From an uncultured Gemmatimonadales bacterium (GTDB taxonomy: Bacteria > Gemmatimonadota > Gemmatimonadetes > Gemmatimonadales > GWC2-71-9): DNA of 64,000 nucleotides. This document shows positions 44,473-54,951 of this stretch, piece after piece. The translations under genes and the position numbers were made by a program. A model generated the notes under the pieces. The model saw nothing but the letters and a program-made list of their open reading frames with translations, had not been told where the DNA came from and made no database searches. Positions within the stretch are counted from its first letter, which is position 1, and every line of letters starts with the position of its first letter. Location of the stretch: the NCBI GenBank assembly GCA_963748815.1, contig CAVVKJ010000005.1:96001-160000 (forward strand), given 5' to 3'.

Positions 44473-45556
44473 CAATGAAGCGGAAGCGGAGGTGCCGCAC
44501 CGGAGGCCTTGGCCCAGTCCATCCCCACCGCCGCCCCCACTGTCGCCGCAATCTGCGACTGCGTCAGCTCCGGCAGGCTGCGCCGGACGCCGAGCCCCGG
44601 CGTCTCCGGCCCAAGCACCGCCGCCCAGATATACTCTGCCCCTTCCACATCGGTGCCATGATTGCGCCACGCCTTCAGCCCGCTCCCGCGCCCGTGATCG
44701 GTGGTGATGATGAAGGTCGTCTTGCCGGCGTACTCCGGCATGGCCTGCATCGTGTTCCAGAGATCCCGGATGAACCCGTCCACCCGGTGCGCCGAAGCCA
44801 GGTACTGGTCGTAGCGGCCCTCGTGGGCCCATTCGTCGGTTTCGCCGTAGCCGATGTAGAGCGCCTGCGGGCGCTCGGTCCGGACGTAGTCCATCACCAC
44901 CGCCTGCATGAAGGCGTCATACGGCATCTCCTGCCAGACGCGGGTGGTGGTGGCGTACAGGGTATCGAGCAGGACTCGGCGCGGGAGCAGTGTCCCCCGG
45001 AAAGGGCTCGTCCCAGCCGGCCCGGACCCACATCGGGGCACGCTCCTGGTTGAAGATCGGTCGCGAAGACGTCCCAGGTGCCGAACGCCGCCACCTTTCC
45101 CGTAAACTCCGGTTTTCCCGCCAGCCACTCGAACACCGTCACGTTCGGGTTGGGGCCGTAGTCGTTCCGGTCGATGCGGGGGTCCGCCTTGCCGGTCAGC
45201 ATCTCGTTGTAGCCGGGGTAGGAAAACTTGTACCCGTTGGTCACCACCATCGTGCTGCCCAGGTCGCGGTCACCGAGGATCTGGCCATCCCGAGCGATGA
45301 CACTCCACATGAATGGCATCAGCGCCCGGCTGTTGGCCATCTTGTCGCCCACGAGGAAGGCGCGCCGCAGCGCGGCGGTGTCCTCGACGCCGCCATACTC
45401 GGCGTTGTTGAGCGCCGGATCGGCGCCGCCGAAGAGCTCCTGCCAGCGGAAGCCGTCCGTCACGATGAGGACCACGTTCTGCCGTCGGGGGGACTGAGCG
45501 GTGGCGGGAGCTGCCACGAGGAGGAAGAGGAAGAGCGCGCCGATGAGCCTATGCAT
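44472..45556 (-). CDS. Alkaline phosphatase superfamily (sulfatase/phosphoglyceromutase-like) protein; frameshifted
   Basis: VLIVTDGFRWQE, SYPGYNE, ETDEWAH and TTDHGRG. Confidence 0.85.
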
Positions 45557-46395
45557 TCTTGAACCTGAGCTGTCGGAGGTAGGCGTAGCTGGCGGCCGCC
45601 GAGGCGAAGGGGTCGGTGGCGTCATCGTGTTCGACGAACCCGTGGCGGACTCCAGCTTGCTTTGCGTGGGCAAAGATCGCCGCCCAGTCCACGGAACCGG
45701 CACCGACGTCGACCATTGACCCGTCGGCGGAGCGCCCCTTCAGGTGCAGCAGCGAAAACCGGCCGGGCCACGTTGCAAAGTAGGAAAGCGGGTTGCCGTC
45801 TCCCTCGAGCACCCAGTAGATGTCCATCTCGAAGCCGACCACGGCCGGGTCCGTCTCGCCGAGAAGGATGTCGTAGGGAATCTGGCCGTCTATCGGCGTG
45901 AGTTCGGTGGCGTGGTTGTGGTAGGCGAACTTGAACCCCGCCTCGCGGGCAGCCTTCCCGTACTCGTTGAACCGCTCAGCCCACCGACGGAAGTCGTCGA
46001 GCGTCTTCCGCTGTTCGGCATCGATCCAGGCCAGGACGAGGTATTCGATGCCCAGCGTGCGTGCGGCGGACACGGTGGTGCGCCATCCCCCCTCAAAGTC
46101 TTCGACCGTCAGGTGGGCGGCAGGCGCCGTGAGGCCGGCATCGTCCAGCACCTTTCGCGTCTGGGCAGGGGTGGTGCCCCGGTTCCAGGCGAATTCCACC
46201 TCCTTGTAGCCGAGGGCCGCCAGCCGTTGCAGATGTGCCTGAAAAATCGGCTTCCAGCGCCTGCCGCACCGTATAGAGCTGGATGCCGATGCTCTTGAGT
46301 TTGTCAGCCGGTACCGGGTCGCGAGGAAACGGGAGGGCAGCACCGAGGCTGGCGGCACCGGACAGCCGAATGAATTCTCGTCGGGAGAACCTCAC
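45549..46395 (-). CDS. Sugar phosphate isomerase/epimerase (AP2-type TIM barrel) with Tat signal; frameshift near 46240
   Basis: SRREFI, GIQLYTVR, YHNH, EMDIYW, LHLK and VEHD. Confidence 0.88.
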
Positions 46396-46697
46396 GCGCG
46401 ACCCTGCAGCTTGGCCACCCACCAGCGGAGCCCGACAAAGAGAAACCGCCAGTCCTTGAAGAACTCGGGCGGCTTCCCCTCGAAGGCGTGCCCGATGAAC
46501 TGAAAGACCCATCCCACCACGAACAGGGTCAGCGGGATGCGCCAGAAGCCGGGTACCCAGATGCCGACGAGGAAGAGCGGTATTGACACGGCAATGAGCG
46601 GGATGCCTATGGTATGACAGACCCGGTTGACCGGGTTCTGGTGACTGGTGGCGTATTGTGCAATCCACTCATCCCAGCTCTTGCCGCCGAGCGCCAT
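46392..46697 (-). CDS. DUF962/Mpo1-like membrane protein
   Basis: YATSHQNPVNRVCH and QFIGHAFEGKPP. Confidence 0.85.
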   Translation of the reverse strand: MALGGKSWDEWIAQYATSHQNPVNRVCHTIGIPLIAVSIPLFLVGIWVPGFWRIPLTLFVVGWVFQFIGHAFEGKPPEFFKDWRFLFVGLRWWVAKLQGRA

Positions 46698-46761
46698 GGA
46701 TTCTCTCCGAAAGGGGTCCCTCCAAACGTTCAACCCCGCGCGACGGAGGGCAAGAGGGATA

Positions 46762-46797
46762 GAAAAACCCCGCCCGGCAACGGCCGGGCGGGGTTTC
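46762..46797 (-). terminator. Rho-independent terminator of the kamA operon
   Basis: 14-bp stem AAACCCCGCCCGGC/GCCGGGCGGGGTTT with a U-run on the minus strand, 20 nt after the stop. Confidence 0.85.
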
Positions 46798-46816
46798 TCG
46801 GGGTCGAGCCTGATGG

Positions 46817-48001
46817 TCAGGCCAGCTTGCGCTTCGGAACCTTGCTGGTTCCCTTGGCTCGCTTCGCCGGCTTCTTCAACTGTAGCGTCGGCTGGAAGAG
46901 ATACTCGGGATCGGTTCGGCGGCCCATGGCCGCTATCGCCTCCTCCTCGTTCGGCTGACGGTACACGAACTGGTCGCCCCGGAAGTTGCGGAGGACGACC
47001 TCTTCGTCGTTCATCGAGATGACGTATTCCGGCAGGAGGGGAATCTTCCCGCCGCCGCCGGGGGCGTCGATGACGAACTGCGGGTTGGCCAGGCCGCTGG
47101 TCCAGCCGCGCAGCGACTCCATGATCTGGATGCCGGTCTGGACGCTGGTCCGGAAGTGCTCCGCCCCGGCCACCTGGTCGGCCATGTAGATGTAGTAGGG
47201 CCGGACCCGGGCCTGCATCAGGCGGTGCATCAGCTGCTTCATGACCTCGGGGGTGTCGTTGACCCCGCGGAGGAGCACGGTCTGGCAGCCGAGCGGGATG
47301 CCGGCGTCGGCCAGCATGCCGAGACCCTTCACCGCCGCCGGCGTCAGTTCGTCGGGGTGGTTGAAGTGGGTGTTGATCCACACCGGGTGGTACTTCTTGA
47401 TCGTGGCGCAGAGTTCCGGCGTGATCCGCTCCGGGAGATGGCAGGGAACGCGGCTCCCGATCCGGATGATCTCGATGTGCTTGATGCTCCGCAGGCGGGA
47501 GAGGATGGCGTCCAGCCGCCGGTCGTTGAGGAGCAGCGGGTCGCCTCCCGACATGATGACATCGCGGATTTCGGTGTGGCTCTCCAGGTACTGGAACGCC
47601 GACTCGAACTGCGACATCGGGATCTTCTCGGGGTCGCCCACCTTCCGCCGCCGGGTGCAGAACCGGCAGTAGCTGGCGCAGACGGGGCTGACCAGGAAGA
47701 GCGCCCGGTCGGGGTAGCGGTGCGTGATGTTCGGCACCGGGCTGTCCTCGTCCTCGTTCAGGGAGTCCACAATGCCGTCGTGGACCTCGAGTTCCTGCAC
47801 GGTGGGCACGTACTGGCGCCAGATCGGGTCGTCGGGGGACTTGATCAGGTCCACCATCGCCGGCGAGATCCGGAACTCGAAATTCTCCGCGGCCAGCCGG
47901 AGGCGGTCGAGCTCGGGGAAGTTCTCGGCACCAAACCGGCTGGCGAGCGTGTCGAGCGACGCGATCGAGTTCTTACGCAGGACTTCCTGCCAAGTCTCCA
48001 T
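46817..48001 (-). CDS. kamA: KamA-family radical SAM enzyme (lysine 2,3-aminomutase)
   Basis: HRYPDR, CASYCRFCTRRR, SGGDPL, PYYIYMAD and VIDAPGGGGK (PLP lysine). Confidence 0.9.
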   Translation of the reverse strand: METWQEVLRKNSIASLDTLASRFGAENFPELDRLRLAAENFEFRISPAMVDLIKSPDDPIWRQYVPTVQELEVHDGIVDSLNEDEDSPVPNITHRYPDRALFLVSPVCASYCRFCTRRRKVGDPEKIPMSQFESAFQYLESHTEIRDVIMSGGDPLLLNDRRLDAILSRLRSIKHIEIIRIGSRVPCHLPERITPELCATIKKYHPVWINTHFNHPDELTPAAVKGLGMLADAGIPLGCQTVLLRGVNDTPEVMKQLMHRLMQARVRPYYIYMADQVAGAEHFRTSVQTGIQIMESLRGWTSGLANPQFVIDAPGGGGKIPLLPEYVISMNDEEVVLRNFRGDQFVYRQPNEEEAIAAMGRRTDPEYLFQPTLQLKKPAKRAKGTSKVPKRKLA

Positions 48002-48016
48002 GCCAGTACCCCATCC

Positions 48017-48517
48017 TCAGGTTGTTGCGGGAACCTCGAAATACTTCACGAACGTCACCTGGTCGTCGCCCGGCGCGTAGAAGTCCGGGATCATGCCGAC
48101 GGCCCGGTACCCCCGGGCCTCGTAGAAGGCGCGCGTCGGTGCGTAGTCCACCCGGCCCGCCGTCTCGACCACTATGAGCCGCGCCACACCCGCGAGGCGC
48201 CGCTCCATCTCCTCTACCAGAAGCGTGCCGAGTCCGAGCCCGTGCTGCGCCGGATCGACCGCCATCCAGTAGAGATCCCAGGTGGCCACGGTGCAGGGCG
48301 TCGGTCCCCAGCAAATCCAGCCCGCCAGCCGACCGTCCACCTCGACGCCGAGCGCCGTGTAGTCCGGGCTGCCGGCCACCGCGGCGTCGAAGACTTCCAG
48401 CGCCACGGGGACTTCGTCGTCTCGAAAGAGCCCGACCGCCCGCGTGATTTCCTCGAGTCGGGTCCGGTCGGCGGTGGTCAGCCCACGGAGCTGCCCGGCA
48501 ACCGCCGCCCGCGTCAC
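48017..48517 (-). CDS. GNAT N-acetyltransferase
   Basis: WDLYWMAVDPAQHGLGLG acetyl-CoA motif and FYEARGY; GTG start overlaps the upstream stop. Confidence 0.9.
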   Translation of the reverse strand: MTRAAVAGQLRGLTTADRTRLEEITRAVGLFRDDEVPVALEVFDAAVAGSPDYTALGVEVDGRLAGWICWGPTPCTVATWDLYWMAVDPAQHGLGLGTLLVEEMERRLAGVARLIVVETAGRVDYAPTRAFYEARGYRAVGMIPDFYAPGDDQVTFVKYFEVPATT

Positions 48518-49521
48518 GAAGTGACCCGCCCCGACAGGGCGCCCTCCGCGAGCGCGACGCGGCCCCGCTCCAACGCTTCCTCGGCGATCTGGAGGACCAG
48601 CGCCGAGTAATCCCATCCGAATGCCCGACCCATGCGCGCAAGTCCGGCGTCGCTCGAGAGGTCAGGATCGGGATTCAGTTCGAGTACCCACGGCGTACCG
48701 TCGGCATCGAGCCGCAGGTCCACTCGTCCATATCCCTCGCACTTTGCCAGAGCGCGCCACGCGCGTTCTGCAACACTTACCAGCTTTTTTGCCGTTGCCT
48801 GGTCCACCTTGGCGGGGCAGACCGGTATGGTGTGCAGGTCGTAGTCGCTGCCCGCATTCCACTTGGCGGCGTAGGTCACGATGGGCGGCTTGCCTTCGCC
48901 GAGCCCGGTAAAATCGATTTCGGAAATCGGCAGGGCGGTGGTCCCCACGAAGCCGACGTTGAATTCGCGCCCTTCCACATACTCCTGCACCAGGACGTCT
49001 TCCCAGGTGGCCGTCACCTTGGCGAGCCGTTCGAGGAGCGCCTCTGGGGTGTGGCAGACGGACCCTTCGTCGATGCCGACACTGGCGTCTTCCATTGACG
49101 GCTTGACGATGACCGGGAACCGCAGCCCCTCGGGTACCACCGGCTCGTGCACCAGCGCAAAGGCCGGGACCGGGAGCCCCTCCTCCCGGAGGAGGGTGTT
49201 GGCCACATGCTTCCGGTGGCAAATCGTGATCGGCCAGGAGCGGCACCCGGTAAACGGCACCCGGGTCAGCTCGAGCGCGGCCACCACGTAGTCCTCGAAC
49301 CGCGCGTGGCCGTTGATGCCCTCGCAGAGGTTGAAGACCAGGTCGGCCTTCTGGCAGCGCTCCATCCAGCCGAGGTCCGCCAGGTACACCGGGATCATCT
49401 CGGTGGCGTGGCCCGCCGCCTTCAGGATCCCCTCGATTTCCCGGACATTGGCGAGGACGGCGGCGACGTCGGCCGCGCTCCACTCGTCGCTGCCGCCATC
49501 ATGGAGGAGGGCAACCCTCAC
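48514..49521 (-). CDS. ATP-grasp ligase, Ddl-like (copy 2)
   Basis: VFNLCEG, KPSMEDASVGI, EYVEGREF, YGRVDLR and ELNPDP; GTG start at 49521. Confidence 0.9.
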   Translation of the reverse strand: MRVALLHDGGSDEWSAADVAAVLANVREIEGILKAAGHATEMIPVYLADLGWMERCQKADLVFNLCEGINGHARFEDYVVAALELTRVPFTGCRSWPITICHRKHVANTLLREEGLPVPAFALVHEPVVPEGLRFPVIVKPSMEDASVGIDEGSVCHTPEALLERLAKVTATWEDVLVQEYVEGREFNVGFVGTTALPISEIDFTGLGEGKPPIVTYAAKWNAGSDYDLHTIPVCPAKVDQATAKKLVSVAERAWRALAKCEGYGRVDLRLDADGTPWVLELNPDPDLSSDAGLARMGRAFGWDYSALVLQIAEEALERGRVALAEGALSGRVTS

Positions 49522-50624
49522 GCCGCGACCTCGGCAAGGAGCCGCCGACCGCCGGTGATCCGCCGCCAGGCGATGTCGGCCACTGTCTGGATCAGCTCGT
49601 CGTAGTCCAGGCCGGCCGCCCGCGCCGCCTTGGGGAAGCAGGAATTGTCGCGCGGATCGGGGAGGACGCCCGGCAGCGGGTTCAGCTCGACGATCATCGG
49701 GTTGCCGTCGGCGTCGCAGCGGACGTCGATCCGGCACCAGTCCCGGCAGCCGAGGGCGTGGTACGCGCCGAGGCAGGCCTCGCGGATCCGGCGCGCCAGC
49801 GATTCCGGGATCGGCGCGGGGCACTGATAGATGTCGAGCGGATTGTCGAGGGTGTCCCAGAGCCACTTCGCCTCGTAGCCGTAGATGGGCGGGGCGCCCT
49901 CGGGGAGGTCGGCGTAGTCCATGGCCACGATCGGGAGGCAGCGCGCCTCGGCGCCGTTGCCGAGCACGGCGACGGTGAACTCGGCGCCCGGCAGCCAGGC
50001 TTCGATGAGTACCGGCTGACGGTAGGTGGTCAGCAGGTGCTCGACCCGGCCGACCAGGGCGTCGCGGTCGTGGCAGAGGTTGTCGACCGTGATTCCCTTG
50101 CCCGATCCCTCGCAGGCCGGCTTGACGAATACCGGGAAGGGGAGGGTGCAGGTGGCGGCGTCGGCCACCGACTCGGCGATCCGGAACGGCGCCGTCGGGA
50201 CGCCGCGCGCCACCATCGTCTCCTTGGCCCGCCCCTTGTGGAGGGCGAGACCGAGGGCGAGCGGGTCGGAGGCGTGACAGGGAATGCCGTAGAACTCGCA
50301 GATGGCGGGGACGTGCCCCTCGCGGTTCGGGCCGTAGAGCCCTTCGGCGATGTTGAACACGAAATCGGGACGGGCATCGGCCAGCTTCTGCGGGAACGAA
50401 GCGTCGGCCTCCAGGCGAATGACCTGGCCGAGCGGCTGCAGCGCGCGCTCGATGGCGTCGATGGTGCCGGGTTCGTCCCACTCGGCGTAGAGATCGGGTT
50501 GGTCGAGATCGGTACGGAGGGCGCGGAGGGCGGTGTTCCGGTCGACAGGGGAGGCGAAGTCTCCCCCAGCGATCGCTGCGGCTTGGGGCTTCAGGTTGTA
50601 GGCGAGTCCGATACGAACTCCCAA
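49518..50624 (-). CDS. ATP-grasp ligase, Ddl-like (copy 1)
   Basis: VFNIAEG, KPACEGSGKGI, WCRIDVR and ELNPLPG. Confidence 0.9.
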   Translation of the reverse strand: MGVRIGLAYNLKPQAAAIAGGDFASPVDRNTALRALRTDLDQPDLYAEWDEPGTIDAIERALQPLGQVIRLEADASFPQKLADARPDFVFNIAEGLYGPNREGHVPAICEFYGIPCHASDPLALGLALHKGRAKETMVARGVPTAPFRIAESVADAATCTLPFPVFVKPACEGSGKGITVDNLCHDRDALVGRVEHLLTTYRQPVLIEAWLPGAEFTVAVLGNGAEARCLPIVAMDYADLPEGAPPIYGYEAKWLWDTLDNPLDIYQCPAPIPESLARRIREACLGAYHALGCRDWCRIDVRCDADGNPMIVELNPLPGVLPDPRDNSCFPKAARAAGLDYDELIQTVADIAWRRITGGRRLLAEVAA

Positions 50625-50751
50625 ACACTCCCCCTAAAAAAAGCTGCCACCGAATTGCGGCGAGCCGACGTGCTTGCTGTTGTCGGACACTAAGTTAAGA
50701 AAAAGGGGAGCGAAGCACAATAGATTTTTGGCGGATTGGTGGACTGAAGTT

Positions 50752-50870
50752 GGGAAGGAGAAAGGACTTAGGACTTGAGGACTGAGGAGCTGAGGACTGA
50801 GGTCGGTATCGAAACTCCTGCTCCTTCCGCCTTCCGCCCCTCAAGTCCTCAGTCCCTTTCTCCTTTTCCG
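50752..50870. repeat. Inverted pair of heptamer (GAGGACT-type) tracts
   Basis: aggacttaggacttgaggactgagg... and the reverse ...tcaagtcctcagtccctttctcc; similar to 11584-11675. Confidence 0.7.
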
Positions 50871-51350
50871 CCTTTGTAGACCCGAAACTCCGACCGCGAA
50901 CTCGTTCCTGTCGTCCGCTCCACGGAGTTCGGTCGACACCAGCGCCCACGCGTTTCCCTCGGGGAGAGGGAAGTGCGCGTCCCCCTCGGGGGAGGCGTGC
51001 ACCAGGGTCAGGTAGATCTTCTCGGCGCGCGGCATCGCCTGGCGGTAGATGTCGGCGCCGCCGATCACGAACACCTCGCCGGTCGGGCCGGCCTCGGTGA
51101 ACGCCGCCTCGAGGCTCGGTACGCGAGTGGCGCCCTCCGGGCGGAACTCCGGGTTCCGGCTGACGACGAGGTTCCGGCGGCCGGTCAGTCCCTTCCCGAT
51201 CGACTCGAAGGTCTTCCGTCCCATGATGACGGTGTGCCCCAGGGTGAGCGCCTTGAACCGGCGGAGGTCGGCGGAGAGCCGCCAGGGCAGGGCGTTGTCC
51301 CGGCCGATGACGCCGTTCTCGGCGACGGCCACGACCAGGGCGATGCTCAC
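50841..51350 (-). CDS. folA: Dihydrofolate reductase; C-terminus probably frameshifted, end approximate
   Basis: [34 protein letters not shown] and GDAHFP. Confidence 0.93.
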   Translation of the reverse strand: MSIALVVAVAENGVIGRDNALPWRLSADLRRFKALTLGHTVIMGRKTFESIGKGLTGRRNLVVSRNPEFRPEGATRVPSLEAAFTEAGPTGEVFVIGGADIYRQAMPRAEKIYLTLVHASPEGDAHFPLPEGNAWALVSTELRGADDRNEFAVGVSGLQRRKRRKGLRT

Positions 51351-52142
51351 ACCGCCACCTTGCCGGGGATGTGGGGGTGCGGGTCGTAGCCGACGACCTC
51401 GAAGTCCTCGAAGCGGAAATCGAAGAGGGAGGTGACGGCGGGGTTGAGGCGTATCGTGGGCAGGGGCCGCGGGGTCCGTGACAGCTGGAGCCGGGCCCCG
51501 TCCAGATGGTTGGTATATAGGTGGGCGTCGCCGAAGGTATGGATGAACTCTCCGGGCCGGAGCCCGGTCACCTGCGCCACCATCAGGGTCAGGAGGGCGT
51601 AGCTGGCAATGTTGAATGGCACGCCGAGGAAGGCGTCGGCGCTCCGCTGGTAGAGCTGGCAGGAGAGGCGGCCGTCGGCCACGTAGAACTGGAAGAGGGC
51701 GTGGCAGGGGGCCAGCGCCATGTCGGGAATGTCGGCGGGGTTCCAGGCGCTCACGATGAGTCGCCGGGAATCGGGGTTCCGGTGGATTTCCTCCACGCAC
51801 CTGCGTGATCTGGTCGATGTGCCCGCCGTTCGGCGTGGGCCACGAGCGCCACTGCCGTCCGTATACCGGGCCCAGTTCGCCAGACGGGTCGGCCCAGTCG
51901 TCCCAGATGCTGACGCCGTGCTCCTGCAGGTAGCGGACGTTGGTGTCTCCCCGCAGGAACCAGAGCAGCTCGTACACAATCGACTTCATGTGGAGCTTCT
52001 TGGTGGTGACCAGCGGAAACCCCTCGGCCAGGTCGAAGCGCATCTGGTGACCAAACACGCTGAGTGTGCCGGTGCCTGTTCGGTCCGACTTGGCGGCGCC
52101 GGTGTCGAGGATGCGGGAGAGGAGGTCGAGGTAGGGCTTCAT
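51347..52142 (-). CDS. thyA: Thymidylate synthase; frameshift near 51800
   Basis: [25 protein letters not shown] and [14 protein letters not shown]. Confidence 0.96.
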
Positions 52143-53746
52143 CTGGCCAGCTCCAGGCGCGCGCGGGCGTAGCCGCCAGTGCGTTCGATGTCCCGCAGGG
52201 CTCGGGCAATGTCGTCGGGAATGCTCGCGGCGGCGGCGCCGACCTTCAGGCGAGCGATGGGCACTTCCCCGGCCGGGAGCTTGATCCCCGGATTGAGGAT
52301 TCCGGCTGGATCGAAGGCGGTCTTGATGGAACGGAAGAGCTCCACCAGCTCCGGTCCGAACACCGACTCCAGGGCGTCGACCCGCAGCCGACCGTCGCCG
52401 TGCTCACCGCTCAGGGTGCCGCCGAGGGCGGCAGTCCCGGCCGAGACCTCGTTGAGCACGGCGGTGACCCCGGCCTCCCAGCCCTGCTTCGTGGTGTCCA
52501 CCATCAGGTTCACGTGGATGTTGCCGTCTCCCGCGTGGCCGAAGATGACGGCGCCGAGGCCGTGGGCCTCGGTGACCCGCCGGACGAGTCGAACATAGTC
52601 CGCCAGGCGGGAAATGGGGACGGCGCCGTCCTCGATGACCTGCATCGAGCGGTGGGTTTCGGGGAGGCGGGCCAGAATGGGACTCGCGGCGTGCCGGATT
52701 TCCCAGAGTTCGGCGGCGTCGTCCGGGGTGATGGCGGTCTCCACCTCGCTGGTCCAGGCGCTGACGGCGCGGACAGCGTCGCCCACCGCGCCGCGCGCGG
52801 CGGCGTCAGTGGCCCGCTCGAACTCCACGAGGAGGATTGCCTCGGCGCCGGCGAGGAGGCTCGGCACCGAGCCACCTTCGCGGGCCACCAGCTCGAGGAA
52901 GGTGCGGTCCAGCAGCTCCAGCGCGGCGGGCCGGAGGGGGCGAAGCGCGGAGACCACGTCAGCGAGGTCATCGAGGGAACGGAGCGCCATGCGGACGCCC
53001 GCGGTCGCTCCCGGCACCGGCGCCAGTCGGCACTCGAGTCCGGTGATGAAGCCGAGCGTGCCTTCGGAGCCGATCAACAGGTCGAGCAGGTCGCCAGAGT
53101 CGAGGACGGCGTCCACCGCGTAGCCAGAGGAGTTCTTGCGGACCCGCGGAAAGCGGGAGCGGATGACCGGTTCGGCGGCGGTGACCTGGTTCCGGACTTC
53201 GGCCCACCGGGGTGACAGGTTCGCGGCGTCGCCCCGCGTCCACCGGCGCAGCTCGGCGTCCGACCCGACCCACTCGATGGCGGTGATCCAATTCCGGACA
53301 CTTCCGATGCGAACCGCCGAGGCGCCGGCGGCGTTGGTTGCGGCCATCCCGCCGAGGGTGGCCCAGCGGCCGCTCGACGGCATGGGAGGAAACCGGAGGC
53401 CGTGCGGGCGGGCGGCGGCGTCGAGCGCGCCGGCGGCGACGCCGGCGGAGATCCACGCGCTTCGGTTGGCCGGATCGACCTCGAGGCGAGTCGGACTGAG
53501 CGCCGTAAGGTCGACGATCACGCCGTCACCCACGTTGCCGCCCCCCATCGCGCTGCCGGCGCCGCGTGCGACGAGTGGAGTACCAGTGTCGGAGGCCCAG
53601 CGGACCAGGCGCTGCAGGTCGGGCAAATTGACGGGGACTGCGACGGCGGCGGGCACGATTCGATAGATGCCGGCCCCCTCGGCGTAGGCGGCCCGGGCGC
53701 GATCGTCGGTCCTGAACTGGCCCTGCAGGCGTGGTCCCCTCGGCAT
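52139..53746 (-). CDS. FAD-binding oxidoreductase (GlcD/D-lactate dehydrogenase type)
   Basis: [32 protein letters not shown] and [10 protein letters not shown]. Confidence 0.9.
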   Translation of the reverse strand: MPRGPRLQGQFRTDDRARAAYAEGAGIYRIVPAAVAVPVNLPDLQRLVRWASDTGTPLVARGAGSAMGGGNVGDGVIVDLTALSPTRLEVDPANRSAWISAGVAAGALDAAARPHGLRFPPMPSSGRWATLGGMAATNAAGASAVRIGSVRNWITAIEWVGSDAELRRWTRGDAANLSPRWAEVRNQVTAAEPVIRSRFPRVRKNSSGYAVDAVLDSGDLLDLLIGSEGTLGFITGLECRLAPVPGATAGVRMALRSLDDLADVVSALRPLRPAALELLDRTFLELVAREGGSVPSLLAGAEAILLVEFERATDAAARGAVGDAVRAVSAWTSEVETAITPDDAAELWEIRHAASPILARLPETHRSMQVIEDGAVPISRLADYVRLVRRVTEAHGLGAVIFGHAGDGNIHVNLMVDTTKQGWEAGVTAVLNEVSAGTAALGGTLSGEHGDGRLRVDALESVFGPELVELFRSIKTAFDPAGILNPGIKLPAGEVPIARLKVGAAAASIPDDIARALRDIERTGGYARARLELAR

Positions 53747-53816
53747 GGGCGAAACGTAGGGCGGTGCACGGCGTCCGCCAAGCGAACCGCCGATTCGGCT
53801 GCTATCTTGGTGTCCC

Positions 53817-54623
53817 ATGTCTGATACTGCGCGCCCCCAGCTGATCCGCCTCGAAGTGGACCGTCGACTCGGCCACGAATGGGATGAGTGGGACGGCAAC
53901 CCATTGCCCAACCAGGGCAATTTCGACTCCCCGCCGCACCTCTTCTTCCAGTGGTCGGCGGCGGGGCTGGCCGTGGCACTCGGCATCGCGGCACTCGCCC
54001 TCTACCTGCTCGGCCCCCGGATTGGCCTCGTGTTGCCCGGCGTCCCATCCTATCTGTGGATCGGGCTGGGCGTTGTATCCGGCGCATCGTGGCTCTGGTG
54101 GCTGCTCATCCTGCTCAGCTACGCCACCGACCGGTCATTCCTCCCCGCGGTGCTGGCGGAGCGGGGGCCGTTCCTCCGGCTGATGACCATGACCTCGCGG
54201 GTGGCGGACCGATTCGGCCGGCGCGACTGGGTGGAGAATGCCGCGGTCAAGGTGTACAACGCCCTCGCGGTGGTACGGGCCAAGGCGGTGGGTAAGGGTG
54301 AACTGCTGCTGCTCATCCCGCGCTGCCTATCCAAGCCCGCTATCGACGGCGTCCTGGCACTGTCCGGTAAATACGAGGTGCCGGTGTTCGTGGCCACGCG
54401 TGGTCAGCTGGCCCGGCGCGTCATCCGGGAGCGGCGGCCGCGTGCCATCGTGGCGGTGGCGTGCGAGCGGGACATGGTGAGTGGGTTGCATGACGTGGCG
54501 GGACGAGTGCCGGTGCTCGGGCTCACGATGACGCTGCCGGCGGGGCCGTGCAAAGATGCAGGGCTCAATCTGGTGCAGCTGGAGGAGTGGGTGAAGGTCT
54601 TCGTGGAAGAGGTGGGGCAGTAG
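53817..54623 (+). CDS. DUF116 domain membrane protein
   Basis: LLLIPRCL, AVACERDM and GPCKD motifs after two TM helices. Confidence 0.8.
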   Translation: MSDTARPQLIRLEVDRRLGHEWDEWDGNPLPNQGNFDSPPHLFFQWSAAGLAVALGIAALALYLLGPRIGLVLPGVPSYLWIGLGVVSGASWLWWLLILLSYATDRSFLPAVLAERGPFLRLMTMTSRVADRFGRRDWVENAAVKVYNALAVVRAKAVGKGELLLLIPRCLSKPAIDGVLALSGKYEVPVFVATRGQLARRVIRERRPRAIVAVACERDMVSGLHDVAGRVPVLGLTMTLPAGPCKDAGLNLVQLEEWVKVFVEEVGQ

Positions 54624-54895
54624 CCTCACCCCCTGACCCCCTCTCCGGCAAGCGGAGAGGGGGGATCTTATTTGCCGTCACCCCGGCGAAAGCCGGGGTC
54701 CATCGTAGATTCGATTGTCACCCCGGCGAAAGCCGGGGTCCATGTTGTTGCTGCCCACTTGCCCCGCCTAGTTCGCCTCACCCCCGGTCCGTCTCTCCGG
54801 CATCGTCCTCACCCCCTGACCCCCTCTCCGCCATGCGGAGAGGGGGACGACCTGCACGCCCCTGGATCCGCCCTCTCCGGCAAGCGGAGAGGGGG
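54624..54895 (+). repeat. Left REP array: A, B, B, partial A, A, A
   Basis: A 54624-54664; B 54677-54702; B 54717-54742; partial A 54776-54802; A 54807-54846; A core 54871-54895. Confidence 0.92.
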
Positions 54896-54951
54896 AACGT
54901 CGTGCAGGATTCGGATCAGGGGCTCTCATGGGAGATCACCTATCGTGTAGC

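Noticed and set aside
46817..48001. EpmB (EF-P beta-lysylation)
   Set aside because: No efp or epmA is adjacent, and the APGGGGK motif and ATP-grasp/GNAT context fit the KamA/AblA type better. A role in trans cannot be excluded.
48514..50624. Housekeeping ddl or Van-type resistance ligases
   Set aside because: They lack Ddl D-Ala-site motifs, are not in a dcw cluster, and have no vanH/vanX/vanRS neighbours.
50841..52142. Bifunctional ThyA-DHFR fusion (433-aa ORF)
   Set aside because: Caused by the indel near 51800. The thyA C-terminus lies in another frame and ends at 51347, overlapping the folA GTG.
54624..54895. CRISPR array
   Set aside because: Two different repeat types are mixed, spacers are short and irregular, orientation inverts across the gene, there are no cas genes, and copies are dispersed like REPs.
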